A stretch of 64,000 bases of DNA from Eledone cirrhosa (GCA_964016885.1 OZ024754.1:43648001-43712000); one strand, 5' to 3'. Shown: positions 29,403 to 44,150, counted from the stretch's first letter. Translations and numbers: made by a program. The notes: a model not told the origin generated them from the letters alone.

Positions 29403-30434
29403 AAGAGATGGGGGAGAGAGATTGTGGGGTGGAAGCCATTTTCCAGACAGATTTAGTTATTTAGATATTTGAACACAAATTTGTATTTTTTAGAAAGATA
29501 CAAACAATTTCTGTAATGGCGTTATAAAACAGTTCCGACCTAGCAGGCAATCGACGTTAGTTGATCATTATAACACTTTACAACTAATTGCTTTATCAAG
29601 TGTAATTTTTCCATTAAATTCTCCAACTTATGACTTTATTTTGTCAAATTTACACTTCGTCTTTCTGCATGTAAAGTAGTTTGAAATTTCATCCATTTTA
29701 ATATATTCTGTGAACTAGGAGATACTGTTGCTACAATTATTGACATATACATATATACATATAGTATAAAGGATCACATATATATACGCATACACGCTTG
29801 CATACGTACAGTATATTCATACATACACACACACACATACACACTTGCATACGTACAGTATATTCATACATACACATACACGCTTGCGTATGTACATTTT
29901 ATTTATACATACACGCTTGCATATGTACATTATATTCATATATATACACACATACAAACACGCTTGCATACGTACAGTATATTCATACATACACACATAC
30001 ACGCTTGCATACGTACATTTTATTCATACTTAGACTCATACATACATTCACACATATAATTGCTAACATATACACATATAGGATATAGAATCACATACAT
30101 ACGTATAGACACACATACACACATACATACATATATGCATACATGCATGCACACATACATACATTCGCACATATAATTGCTTACATATACAGACATAGGA
30201 TATAGATTCACATACATACATATAGACACACATACATACATATAGACACACATACATACATATAGACACACATACATACATATATGCATACATATATGCG
30301 TACATACATATATATATATATACATACATTCATACATACATACCCACAGCTGTTGTACTAACTTCTACCGAACTGGTCCCATCAAATGAATGCTCTATTT
30401 ACTTCGGATATAACCTCCCAGTGTTCTACTAGCC

Positions 30435-30530
30435 TGGAACTAGATGTTGAAACGGCAAGAGCTCAGCCGTCGGGGGTCCCGATTCTTTCATATAACCATA
30501 CTCTACAACCCCAAGTATCGTGTATTCACC
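30435..30530 (+). mobile_element. Diverged family A relative
   Basis: gttgaaacggcaagagctcagccgtcgggggtc...ctctacaaccccaagtatcg. Confidence 0.6.
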
Positions 30531-30565
30531 AGACTAGCTGTTCAAACGGGAAGAGTTAAAAAATC

Positions 30566-30778
30566 TTGGCAGTGTCGGTAAAACGTCAGACAACATGCTT
30601 CGTAGCATAGAGTTATGGGCCTTTACGTTCTGAGTTCAAATCCCGCTAAGGTTAGCTTTGCCTTTCACCCTTACGGGGTCAATAAAATAAAGCACCAGTA
30701 ATACTCTGGGGTTGATTTAATCGACTTTCCGCTCCCCTTCAAATTTCCAGCCTTGTACCTAAAGTAGAAACAATTATT
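30566..30778 (+). mobile_element. SINE family 1
   Basis: tggcagtgtcggta...gagttcaaatcccgc...ggggtcaataaaataaagcaccag. Confidence 0.8.
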
Positions 30779-31584
30779 CATAGCGACCCCTGAGGACGCT
30801 GGGATATTTCTGTTTGTCCGTTTTTCTCCGATTTTCCTGTATCTGTATACGGGAGGAACCGAACCCTGCATCTCATGGTTCTGACTCAAACATTTCGACC
30901 ATACAACCACGCCTGCGTCCATATCAAAAAAAAAAAGAAAAAATCATATCAGGTAACAAGATAAGAATAAATTTCTAGATCAATAAATGAATAAAAATGA
31001 CGAACGAAAAACATAAAATAACAACAATAAAAGTGTTTTAAGAACAAAAAGTGATTAAAAAAATTATATTAGGAGAAGAAAAATAACAACAGGAAGAAAA
31101 ACAAAACAACAATAATATACATAATTATGAAACAGGAAAAAAAATACACATACAAATGACGTCGTTTAATGAATCAGCCATTTTGTTTCAGCCATTTCTC
31201 AGCAGACGACAACATAAATAAATTACTTCCGGTGATTGATTACATGAAAATTTATTCAAATTGGAAACGGGTTTTATGTAAATAAGTTTTGTTCATAAAT
31301 CACTACAGTAGCCAAACAGTTTCTTAGCATATTGGGTTGTTTGTTGTTATATTTGTAAGTTTTTTTTACACAGGTGATTTAATTAAATCTCCGTTTAATT
31401 TCACACCTTTTAATGGCTACTTAAGGCCTTCGTTTAGAGTTTAGGGTGAGAGTCCCGAGAAAAATGGATTTCACTGTTAAATAATGACACGAACAATTGG
31501 TTAGAATCGATGTGTGTAGGTGTAGGTGTAGGTGTGTGGGTATACACGTGTGTGTGTGTATTATATACATACATGCATATCCGT

Positions 31585-31624
<40 letters not shown>

Positions 31625-31662
31625 GTATAAAGGTAGATAGATAAATGTATATATAGAGAGAT

Positions 31663-31716
<54 letters not shown>

Positions 31717-31745
31717 GTGTCTGTGGATGTGTAAATGTATATATT

Positions 31746-31806
<61 letters not shown>

Positions 31807-31809
<3 letters not shown>

Positions 31810-31932
31810 GAAGGAAATGTGGTAAGGAACCAGATAGACCATTACGCACCAGAGTACTCAATACTTAGGGTAGTAGAGTCCAGAAATAGCCGTCGAAACG
31901 GCTTAAGCTCTGCCGTCGGGGTCATACTTTTT

Positions 31933-31936
<4 letters not shown>
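31807..31936. mobile_element. Family A inversion-with-deletion copy
   Basis: Minus-strand tail 31807-31879 joined through AGT microhomology to the plus-strand short arm agtccagaaatagccgtcgaaac...ttcctat. Confidence 0.8.
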
Positions 31937-31975
<39 letters not shown>

Positions 31976-32023
31976 GGTATAAATCTAAGTTGAAGCCGCA
32001 GTATATATATATATATGTGTGTG

Positions 32024-32068
<45 letters not shown>

Positions 32069-32307
32069 GTATGTGTTTGTGGTGTCTAGTATAGGATTTC
32101 ATTCGATACAAGACTGGGGTGAAGGCAGAGGAGATACAATGCTGCTGTAAGTAATTCAACCGATGTTTGGTAAACTGCTTTGTTACCGTAATATTCGCAC
32201 TTAACAGATTGATATATATATACACACACAAGCACATATACACACATACATACATGTGTTTATGTGCATATATATATATATATACTCAACCATATACGTA
32301 TGACAAG

Positions 32308-32401
<94 letters not shown>

Positions 32402-32522
32402 GAAATGACAGGAGGCTGGATTTGTGTAAATCCTTGAAAGGTTTATTATACTATGATCATTTCAACTGTATATGCATATATACATATAGGTACAGGTAAT
32501 ATATGTTTATATATATATATGC

Positions 32523-32575
<53 letters not shown>

Positions 32576-32936
32576 CACGCGCTACGAAATTAGACATCCC
32601 TGGAGCTACTGGTGGTCAAAATTTATCTTAATTAAATTTAGTGGTACATACATATATGTATATTTGTGTTGTTGGTATTATGTGTGTGTCTGTGTGTGTG
32701 TTTGTGTGTGTTATTTTATGCGTGTGTGTACATGTGTGTGTATGTGTGTATATGTATATGTGTGTAGCTCCAAAATCTCTAGAAGCCCCAGTTAATATAA
32801 GCCACACTTCTACAATACACTGTAATTACTCAGTGAAAGAGTGTGACATGAAAACCATTGCTTCATTTTCTAGAAACCTCTTCACTGAGTCACCTGCTGT
32901 ATCTTGTTAGAAATAAAATATACTGTCGACATTAGA

Positions 32937-33395
32937 CACCTTACCTGGACATCTCAACCAAGAGTAGTTACACATACACACACATACGCACACATACACA
33001 CACACATACACACACACACATACACATTCACACATACACACCTTACCTGGACATCTCAACCAAGAGTAGTTACACATACACACACACATACACACACATA
33101 CACATACACATACACACACACATACACATTCACACATACACACCTTACCTGGACATCTCAACCAAGAGTAGTTACACATACACACACACATACACACACA
33201 CATACACACACATACACACACACATACACACACACATACACATTCACACATACACACCTTACCTGGACATCTCAACCAAGAGTAGTTACACATACACACA
33301 CACATACACACACACATATGCACACATACACACACACATACACACACACACATACCCATTCACACATACACACCTTACCTGTACATCTCAACCAA
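32937..33395. repeat. Minisatellite: 34-bp unique unit spaced by variable (CA/TACA)n, 5 copies
   Basis: caccttacctggacatctcaaccaagagtagtta four times plus one variant. Confidence 0.9.
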
Positions 33396-33425
33396 CATTA
33401 TATATATATAAATAAGTGTGTGTGT

Positions 33426-33485
<60 letters not shown>

Positions 33486-33682
33486 GGTGTTGGAAACTGT
33501 GCTTCGTAGAATCGAGACATATCCGAGGATCTTGCGATTTCAGAGTCAGGTTCGATCATTTCATAGATCGTGCCTCGAGCTGGTCGCCAGAGAAACGATT
33601 GTAATATGTCTAATAAATGTTATTCGTCGCACCACTGATTCTCCGTTTCTTATGTGATATATAACCCTCCATCTCAACTCTA

Positions 33683-33718
33683 CTTTTGAAAAGCAGAAGA
33701 ACTGCGAAACCGGTAAAG
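33683..33718 (+). ncRNA. Variant minimal hammerhead with U3-A8 core (family G, element about 33665-33857)
   Basis: CTT-TTGAAAA-GCAG(AAGAA)CTGC-GAAA-CCGG-TA-AAG, then AATAAA. Confidence 0.62.
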
Positions 33719-33856
33719 GAACCAAATAAATATATATATTTTTTTTTAAAATAAGACTTCAGTTGCATTTTCGATTTCATCTCTTTTTCTTTATACTTTC
33801 ACTCGTGTAGGACACCTCAGTTATTTTTCATTTTGTAAAAAAAACCTCACTTTCTA

Positions 33857-33930
<74 letters not shown>

Positions 33931-33933
<3 letters not shown>

Positions 33934-34101
33934 AAAAGTGTCAGGACCCCGACGGTTGAGCTCCAACCGTTTCGACAGCTAGATCGGATCTAACTGTCGA
34001 AACGGCCGGAGTTCAGCCGTCGGAGTCCTGACTCTTTTCCTAAGTATTGAGTACTCTGGTGTGTTATGGTCCATCTGGTTCCTTACCACATCTCCTTCGT
34101 T
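33931..34101 (+). mobile_element. Family A inverted dimer (subfamily variant)
   Basis: Palindrome with apex at ctagatcggatctaa (about 33986); internal deletion at CCTA microhomology; (TA)n flanks. Confidence 0.8.
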
Positions 34102-34195
34102 ATATATATAATATATATATATATATAGAGAGAGAGAGTATACATAATATGTTCTCCCCCCCCCCCCTTATCTCTCTCTCTCACTTTCTCTCTCA

Positions 34196-34327
<132 letters not shown>

Positions 34328-34928
34328 AGTATTATATACTACATTCTACCACATGATACTATACCTCTACTATAGCCCACGCTTGTACCTGGGGTGACTC
34401 CCTGATCTCAGAGCTACACACTCTATCGACTAACATTACTCCAAAGACCCTTCAGAAGAACCCCATTTCGGCCGCTTGTATTCACGATCGTATTCTTTAG
34501 GTCATTACCGAAAATACAGGACCACAGATAATGGGTTCGTACAAATATGGAAGCAGGAATAGCGACAGCGAGTTTGGCTTTTAGACCCACATCCTTTCTT
34601 CTGATGAACGAATGCTAAAGCTGGTGCATTATTGCACCAAATATTGCACTTGATTCTTGCACTTGATTCTTGCACTTGATTCTTACACTTAATTCTTGCA
34701 CTTAATTCAACCTCCTACCTCTTTATATATTTGATGTAGTACACATCTAGTGCTAAAATGCAACATATTACTTAAGTTGTGCAGTCTCTATTCTCCCTGC
34801 ACTCTCTTACTGCAAACATGCAACTGCAAAAACACAAAAGCAAGATTGTAAGTTAATTGAGAAATGAATTTTGCAGCTGATGTCTGGATTTTGAATTTGT
34901 CTTTGTAAATGGAAACCGAACTAGGCTC

Positions 34929-34997
<69 letters not shown>

Positions 34998-37007
34998 CAT
35001 ACATACATACATACATATACATACTTGTACATACATATACATACATATACATACATACATACATATACATACATATACATACATATACATACATATACAT
35101 ATTTATACATGCACACATATACATACGTACATATACATACATACATATACGCGTACATACATACATATATATATATACATATACATACATATACACACAT
35201 ATACATACATACATACATATACATACATATACACACATATACATGCAGGCACGTATATATACATATACATACACACACATACACACACAGGCATTCACAC
35301 AGAGAAGCACTCTTACTCACACATACACACATAGGCATACAAATAGAGGCAATCTTAATCACACATACACACATACACACATACACACATACACACACAC
35401 ATACGCACATGCACAAACATAAACGTATACACACACATATATATATATATACATGTATATATACACAAACACATGCACATACATATACATTCACATACAT
35501 ACACACACACACACACACATATATACACATATACATATATACACGTCCATACACCCGTACACACACACATGCACCCACCCACACACGCAAACACATACAT
35601 ACATACACTCACACATCCACATCTACATACAAAGGCGCGCACATACACACACTCACATACAAACATGCACGCACACATACATCCACATAGACCTTCATAC
35701 ACACACATATCCACATACACGTTCATACACCCACACATCCACATACACGTTCATATACACGTACACACACACACACACCTTCATACACACACACGTACGC
35801 ATACACACATACACACATATAGACTCACACGTCCATATATACATATAGATCTATGTGTGTGTGTATAATACATTTTACTATGTGTGTGTGTGTATAATAT
35901 ATTTTGCTGTGTGTGTGTGTGTGTGTATATAATACATTTCACTGTGTGTGTGTATAATATATTTTACTATGTGTGTGTGTGTGTGTATGTCTATATATAT
36001 GTGTGTATATATATATATATGTGTGTGTGTGTATATATATGTATGTATGTGTGTATGTGTGTGTCTATATATGTGTATGTATATATATATATACGTGTGT
36101 GTGTGTGTGCTAAGAAGATACGTTCAGAAGGCGACAGTAGTGTGAAGTTAGACTCTAGATATATATGTGTGTGTGTGTCTGTGTGTGTATATGTGTGTGT
36201 ATGTATATATATATATATGTGTCTGTGTGCGTGTGTATATGTGTGTGTATGTGTGTGTGTGTATGTGTATATATGTGTGTGAAGTTAGACTCTAGATGTT
36301 CGTATCAACACACATTTTGTCTTTATTTCTCGGTATTTATTCAAACAGAGACAGAGTTTGTATAAACAATGGCGGAAACTGGAATTAGGGGTTGATATAT
36401 CTATATCATATACTCCTTTACACTAATTAGGGGTTGATATATCTATCTCATATACTCCTTTACACTAATTGGGGGCGTTTAGTTCACTAATAGGTGGCGC
36501 AGCAAACACACCGACAATATCAGAGTTTATAATGTATCTCATTGAAATATTTCGTAGCTTACGCTTGTGGGACGATGTTAGAAGCCAAGGAAGTGAGAGA
36601 TTAAAGTAAAGACCCTCTCCTTCGGTCACAAATGGCCACGGGATTGTCACCTAGAAAGTCCCCCCCCCTAAAGAGGCACAAGCCCGAGCAAGTATGTTTA
36701 TGGAAGACCAGCAGTCGTCCATGCATACATACCAGTTATATACTGTTTCAAAGCCCTAAGTGGTTCATTATGTCATTACCATAACAGAAGTCCGACGAGT
36801 TTTTGATTCCAGAATCGGGCCAGATCGATACAGATCGAACCTAGAGCTGATCAATAGAAAACGCGTGTCACTACTCAATAAACGTAATGAAGACATAACA
36901 AATCCTCCTTTTTATTATTAGTATATATATATATATATGTGTGTGTGTGTATGTGTGTGTGTGTGTGTGTAGGTGTATGTGTAGGTGTGTGTGTAGGTGT
37001 GTGTGTG

Positions 37008-37060
<53 letters not shown>

Positions 37061-37113
37061 GTGTGTGTGTGTGTGTGTGTGTATGTAGGTGTGTGTGTGT
37101 AGGTGTGTGTATG

Positions 37114-37175
<62 letters not shown>

Positions 37176-37422
37176 AATATGCATTCAAAATCACCGGGAA
37201 CCTCAGCAAGCAAGCTTGATGAGGTTCCCGGTTTAGTCGCCGACGACCCGACCATACCCAGGCTTATTGGATTACATGTTACCAGTGTTACTGAAGAGGG
37301 ACCTGATATAAACCCGTCAAAGGGCGGAGGATCTCAGGTGATTCAAAGACCATCCAATAAAGTTTTTTGTTTTTTTTATAGTGAGGCATTAGAATGAAAG
37401 ACCCTTAGTCTTCGTTGAGACA

Positions 37423-37459
<37 letters not shown>

Positions 37460-37724
37460 TTCGAAGAAGGACACTTCGTTCGCATCCAATGAACATCGAG
37501 TATATTTACTTTAGGTGTAAATGTATTCGATGTTCAGAGAGTGGGATTGGCTCCGTGCAAAGCCTTTCCTCACCTAAAAAAGCTTCAAGCACAGGCATCG
37601 CTTGATATGTGATATCTATTGCGATGGCATTGCTGGCTACGGGCAAGTCCCTAGCAGGATTAAAAAGCCACGTCCACCACCAATACCACCGCTATCACAA
37701 AAATCATCAACTTTAACACCACCA

Positions 37725-38075
37725 CCATCTCTATCGCCACCACTACCACTACTACCATCACCACTACCACCACCACCACCACCTCCACCACCATCTCTAT
37801 CGCCACCACTACCAGTACTACCATCACCACTACCACCACCACCACCACCTCCACCACCATCTCTATCGCCACCACTACCACTACTACCATCACCACTACC
37901 ACCACCACCACCACCATCGCTAACACCATCTCTATCACCCCCACTAGTACTACTACCATCGCCACTACCACTAATACCATTACCATCACAACTACCACCA
38001 CCACCACCACCATCTCTATCGCCACCACTGCCACTACTACCATCACCACTACCACCAACACCACCACCATCACTA
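37725..38075. repeat. About 60-66-bp minisatellite on a (CAC/CTA)n scaffold
   Basis: ccatctctatcgccaccactacc repeated about 5 times. Confidence 0.85.
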
Positions 38076-39195
38076 TTTTCGTAAACATTTCCTCCACCAC
38101 CACCACTATCATTAACACCATAGTAACACCATATAGCAACATCATCATCATCATCATCTGTCATGATAATTATCGCTATCAGCCACACATACAGATACAC
38201 AACTACACACACACACAGATACACAACTACACACACACACATACACACATACACACACACACATATACATACAGACACACTCATACAGACACACATACAT
38301 ACATACATACATACATACATACATACATACATACATACATACATACATACATACATACATACACACACACACGTGCATACACACAATTATTGGCTGTTAT
38401 CTAGGACGGCCTCAGTACCAGTAGTGGCCATACACCATACACCACCACCGTCCCACCACTACCCCCCCCCCACCACCACCACCCTAACACCACTACCACC
38501 ACCACCCCAACACCACACTACTACCACCATTCCGACATTATTCTACCAACACTAGACCCAACACCACCGCCACCATCATGCCCAACACCATCACCACCAT
38601 CACTGGCACAATCACTACCGTTACCACCACCACCACCACCAGCACCACCACCACTACCACCACCACCACCACCACCACCACCACTACCACCACCACCACC
38701 ACCACCACCACCACCACCAGCACCACCACCACTACCACCACCACCACCACTACCACCACCACCACTACCACCACCACCACCACCACTACATAGAAAAGGT
38801 CTCTTATAATTAAGACCACCCAAATTGAACGCGAAAAATAATCTTATGTAAAAGTCTATCATTAAAAAAACAACAACAACAACACCAACAACAACAATAA
38901 CAACAACAGCAACAGTAACTACACCATCAACAACATCACTGTCACCACTACCACCAACAACAACAACAGCAGTAAGTGCAGCATCAACAACAACAGTACC
39001 AACACCAACATCACTATCACCACCAACAGTAACATCACTACCAAGAAAAACAGTAACATCACTATCACCACCAACAACCGCAACTAATAAAACGACAACA
39101 GTAACAATAACAGCAACAACTACAACTGCAGCATTAACAAGAACTCTAACAACAGCAACAACAACAGTAATAATGACACCACCACTTCCTCATCT

Positions 39196-39430
39196 TGCAA
39201 GACACTTTATTTCCGGTTGTGTCCTTGAGCAAGACACTTTATTTCACGTTGTGTCTTTCACGTTGTGTCCTTCAGCAAGACACTTTATTTCACGTTGTGT
39301 CCTTGAGCAAGACACTTTATTTCACGTTGTGTCCTTCACGTTGTGTCCTTCAGCAAGACACTTTATTTCACGTTGTCACCTTTAGCAAGACACTTTAGTT
39401 CACGTTGTCACCTTCAGCAAGACACTTTAC
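39196..39430 (+). repeat. Tandem array of SINE family 2 body fragment
   Basis: gcaagacactttatttcacgttgtgtcctt about 7 times; the unit matches 8866-8896. Confidence 0.85.
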
Positions 39431-39908
39431 TTAAGTAATAAACTTGTTCTGATTATTTTCTATATTGTCATATTTATTGCAATATATAATTATTGTTGTT
39501 TACGTAATGAAAATGTCAACTTATGGACTGGACTTGATCTTTGCTCTTTAAACTCTGTTGTTGGTGATCGAACTTTGTAGAGAAGAATATCTCATGTTGG
39601 TGCGCAGTCTACAACTGGCGGAGTCTAGCGTCACACAAAATAAACGTAATCTTATCATATGAGATATGATATTTTCGCATCTAATTTCCATTGATCTTTT
39701 ATGGAACAACGAAATAAAGTTGATTTTATTTCGATTTATTTCGATTTATTTACACTTGTTTTATGCACTGCTCTCCAAATTGGTTGAGTTGCTCTATTTG
39801 GGTGAGTTGGCGAGCTATTTCTAGCTCTCCTATAACCTCTTTACTGTCCATTTTACGCTAAAATACACATAATGTCACGTCAATCCCAGCGTGACGTTAT
39901 TTGCTTAA

Positions 39909-40125
39909 CCCTTTAGCATTTCCATTACTCTATATTTACTATTGTATTTTTGTGGTAAAGGCTTCATTTTACATAATTATTTCACTTAGTATCGATCTAT
40001 GAAATTTTAAGGTTATTTATTTTGAGAACAATACCTTAACATAAGTATGAGTGACTGGTTGCAGCCAGTTTGAACAGAAAAGGTAAGAATTGTGGCCGGA
40101 TATGGGCGGTTTAAATGCTGAAGGG
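39909..40125. mobile_element. TTAA-flanked MITE (piggyBac-like)
   Basis: TTAA-CCCTTTAGCATT ... AATGCTGAAGGG-TTAA. Confidence 0.78.
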
Positions 40126-40377
40126 TTAACTTAACGTAACACATACAACCCAGTTTTCAACAGAACTCACAATAGATAGTATATATTGTATAATAGTAAA
40201 CATATATACCTACTGATGAAAACCATATCTTTCATTTGCTAATTACCTTGTTTATTTTAACTACGGTAATTAGTACAGGTGTAATTAGTAAAGTAATAAG
40301 TTTATGTTGTCATTATTTTCTGACTTGTCATATGTTTTATAAAATATAGTTATTGTTGTTTCCATAATATCATCGTG

Positions 40378-40449
<72 letters not shown>

Positions 40450-40606
40450 TATATATATATGAGTATATATATATGTATATATATATATATATGTATATGT
40501 ATATATATATTTATATATATATATAAAAAAATGTATGTGTATATATATATATATGTGTGTGTGTGTATATATATATATATACATATATACATATACATAT
40601 ATATAT

Positions 40607-40692
<86 letters not shown>

Positions 40693-40718
40693 GTATATAT
40701 ATATACATATATATATCC

Positions 40719-40769
<51 letters not shown>

Positions 40770-40788
40770 CATACATATATATATAAGT

Positions 40789-40827
<39 letters not shown>

Positions 40828-41484
40828 TACAATTGTTTATCAAGCAATGTTCACCATTCATTATGTGACGTCATTAGTAGGTTAAGTGCTTCACTCAGTT
40901 TCAACTTTCACTTAAAAAACATAAAATTTACAAAAGTTGTTTAGTCAGCCTTGAGTGGTGGTGGTGGTGGTGGTGGTGGTGGTATAGTGGTGGTGGTGGT
41001 GGTGGTGGTGGTGATATAGTGGTGGTGGTGGTGGTGGTGGTGGTGGTATAGTGGTGGTGGTGGTGGTGGTATAGTGGTGGTGGTGGTGGTGGTTGTAACT
41101 GTGGTAGTGGTGCTAGTGGTAACTTTGATTGTGGTAGTGGTGGTGGTGGTGTTGGTGGTGGTGATGGTGGTGGTGACGATTAACAGGGGTAAGGAGAAGA
41201 AGGGAGAAATGAGATTATTCTATCTGATAATAACTAAAGAAGGCCAAATTAATTTCTCTCTCTTTATGTGTGTGTGTGGTCCTATGTTGTTAATTAAGAA
41301 TCCATCTTGAAACCTTGTTCTCGCCGTTGGAAACTAACGTCAGTGGGAGCCAGGGGTGTTTGAAGAGGGGGCGGACATTTGCTAACAATTATCTTCAGTT
41401 TTAAACACCTAATTAGTGGAAATGGAGGACAAATTATCCATGATACGTTTCTTGTTTGACTTAACTGATGAACATGGGGGAGAG

Positions 41485-41668
41485 GTTGTTAAACACTATA
41501 GTGAACATGTAGCGTATATTGTTAAACACTACAGTGAACATGTAAGACAGATTGTTAAACAATAAAGTGAACATGTAGCATAGGTTGTTAAACACTATAG
41601 TGAACATGTAGCATAGGTTGTTAAACACTATAGTGAACATGTAGCATAGGTTGTTAAACACTATAGTG
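41485..41668. repeat. 33-bp minisatellite, about 5.5 copies
   Basis: ggttgttaaacactatagtgaacatgtagcata. Confidence 0.9.
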
Positions 41669-41674
41669 GTGAAC

Positions 41675-41881
41675 AGTCTGTTTGCCTTTTATGCGAAATT
41701 GAATTACGCGAATTCGCTTTAACGCCTCTTGATAAAATATATTATTAAATATTCACTTCGTGCGAATAACGCGTGTGGTTTTTAATGTTTTCGTTTATGG
41801 GAAAATTAGACTTGAATTATGCGAATTTGCTTTACGCGCCGTGTTCACGAACGCCCCTTCGTGTAAAAAGCGAACTGACTA
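41675..41881. mobile_element. Tc1/pogo(Tigger)-like MITE
   Basis: Imperfect TIRs cagtctgtttgcctttta / taaaaagcgaactgact and internal repeated ttgaattacgcgaatt motifs. Confidence 0.55.
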
Positions 41882-41945
41882 TAGATATATCTGTGGTTTT
41901 TCTCACATCTGTGAGAAAAACCACAGACCCTCCATCTCAACTCTA

Positions 41946-41981
41946 CTTTTGAAAAGCAGAAGAACTGCGAAACCGGTAAAG
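41946..41981 (+). ncRNA. Variant minimal hammerhead with U3-A8 core (family G, element 41890-42055 with 38-bp 5' palindrome)
   Basis: Core identical to 33683-33718; tctgtggtttttctcaca-tc-tgtgagaaaaaccacaga at 41890-41927. Confidence 0.62.
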
Positions 41982-42084
41982 GAACCAAATAAATATATAT
42001 ATATTTTTTTAAATAAGACTCCAGTTGCATTTTCGATTTCATCTTTTTTTCTTTATATATATATATATGCATGTATATATGCAA

Positions 42085-42122
<38 letters not shown>

Positions 42123-42485
42123 CAGTATTAGTGTGTGTCAGTATTAGTGTATATCAGCAAAATGTAGCAACAAAGCGACTTTCAGTACAATACACATTAT
42201 CTTTTAATACAAAACTATATTAAAAAGCCAGATTCAAGATGGCGTATTATATATAATGAAAAGACATACTGTATGTCCCGGGGTCGGTTTCGATCCTTTG
42301 CCCCTTTGGCTTACATCGTTTCTCTATTCATAGCAACAAATATACTATGTCTCTATTGAAAGTTGACAAAGGGAGGCGAAGTTAATTCAGTCTCAAATTC
42401 ACTTCCGGTGATGACTGCTGACCTGTATAGCAAGCGATGATTGGTTGAGGGGGAATATATAGTGTATATTGATGTAAATTCGATT

Positions 42486-42567
<82 letters not shown>

Positions 42568-42737
42568 TATATAGTGATATGTCGTTGGTAGTGTATATAT
42601 ACTGATGTTTATTTGATAGTGTATATATAGAAATAGTGATGTGTGATTGGCAGTGTATATATATTCATGCAACTGCACTCCTTGTTGTTGTTATTTACTT
42701 TTCCAATATATATATATGTGTATATATATATATTATA

Positions 42738-42814
<77 letters not shown>

Positions 42815-42969
42815 GTGACGTGTGATTGACAATGTATATATGTTGATGTATATCCTATAGTGTATATATATAATATATAGTGATGTGCAGTTGACAGTGT
42901 ATATATATAGTGTATATATAGTGATGTGTGATTGACAGTGTATATATACTGCACATATAGAATATATAT

Positions 42970-43647
42970 TGATGTGTGGTGTGGCGTGATGTAGTGTTGT
43001 CTGGTGTGGTGTGGTGTATTGTGGTGTAGTTTGATGTGGTGTGATGTGATGTAGTATGGTGTGGTGTGATGTTATGTGGTGTGGTGTAGTGTAGTGTAGT
43101 GTGGTGTGGTGTGGTGTGGTGAAGTGTAGTGTGATGTAGTGTTGTCTAGTGGTGTGCTGTGATGTGGTGTGGTGAAGTGTAGTGTGATGTAGTGTTGTCT
43201 AGTGGTGTGGTGTGATGTAGTGTTGTGTGGTGAAGTGTAGTGTGGTGTAGTGTTGTGTGATGTAGTGTTGTCTAGTGGTGTGGTGTGATGTAGTGTTGTG
43301 TGGTGAAGTGTAGTGTGGTGTAGTGTTGTGTGATGTAGTGTTGTCTAGTGGTGTGCTGTGGTGTAGTGTTGTGTGGTGAAGTGTAGTGTGGTGTAGTGTT
43401 GTGTGGTGTAGTGTGATGTAGTGTTGTCTAGTGGTGTGGTGTGATGTAGTGCTGTGTGGTGAAGTGTAGTGTGATGTAGTGTTGTCTAGTGGTGTGGTGT
43501 GATGTAGTGTTGTCTAGTGGTGTGCTGTGGTGTGGTGTGGTGTTGTGTGGTGTAGTGTGATGTAGTGTTGTCTAGTGGTGTGGTGTGATGTAGTGTTGTC
43601 TAGTGGTGTGGTGTGATGTAGTGTTGTCTAGTGGTGTGCTGTGGTGA
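42970..43647. repeat. Pentanucleotide-based (GTGTA/GTGTG) satellite with higher-order unit gtgatgtagtgttgtctagtggtgtg
   Basis: Direct inspection. Confidence 0.9.
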
Positions 43648-43992
43648 TCCTAATCCATTTAATCGACGTCGTCTCTGCTATCTGACTAACTAACTATTTG
43701 ACCATCCATGTTCAGATATACCAGACGCTACTCTTACAACTGATAAGAGACTCTCAAAGTAGTTAGTGTCAATGCTTGATGGATTGAACAAAACAGACGA
43801 CACGACTGCGGAAACAGAAGAGCGAAAATAAAAGGGGAAACTATAGCATCACTTGATAATGGATTCTTACAACTTCCGGCCAATAACTAAAAGTAGAGCC
43901 GATGTAACGGAGAAGCTATAAAAGTTATAAAAGAAAGAAAATAAACCTTAAGATATTATTTGATTATAGGCCACCACATGATGAACTATCTG

Positions 43993-44040
<48 letters not shown>

Positions 44041-44101
44041 AATAAAGAAACATATCTATATAGAGAGATAGAGAGATAGATAGAGAGATAGAGAGATAGA
44101 T

Positions 44102-44150
<49 letters not shown>

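Noticed and set aside
30785-30900. GACCC-CTGAGGA as the missing 5' half of family A
   Set aside because: Not followed by GACGGC, and no GAAA at a suitable position
32937-33395. CRISPR-like repeat-spacer appearance (also 53290-53692 and 60890-61130)
   Set aside because: The spacers are microsatellite, the context is eukaryotic and there are no cas genes
37602-38386. Extensin-like Pro-rich or Gly-Ser-rich ORFs
   Set aside because: Minisatellite on a CAC scaffold, open in several frames on both strands
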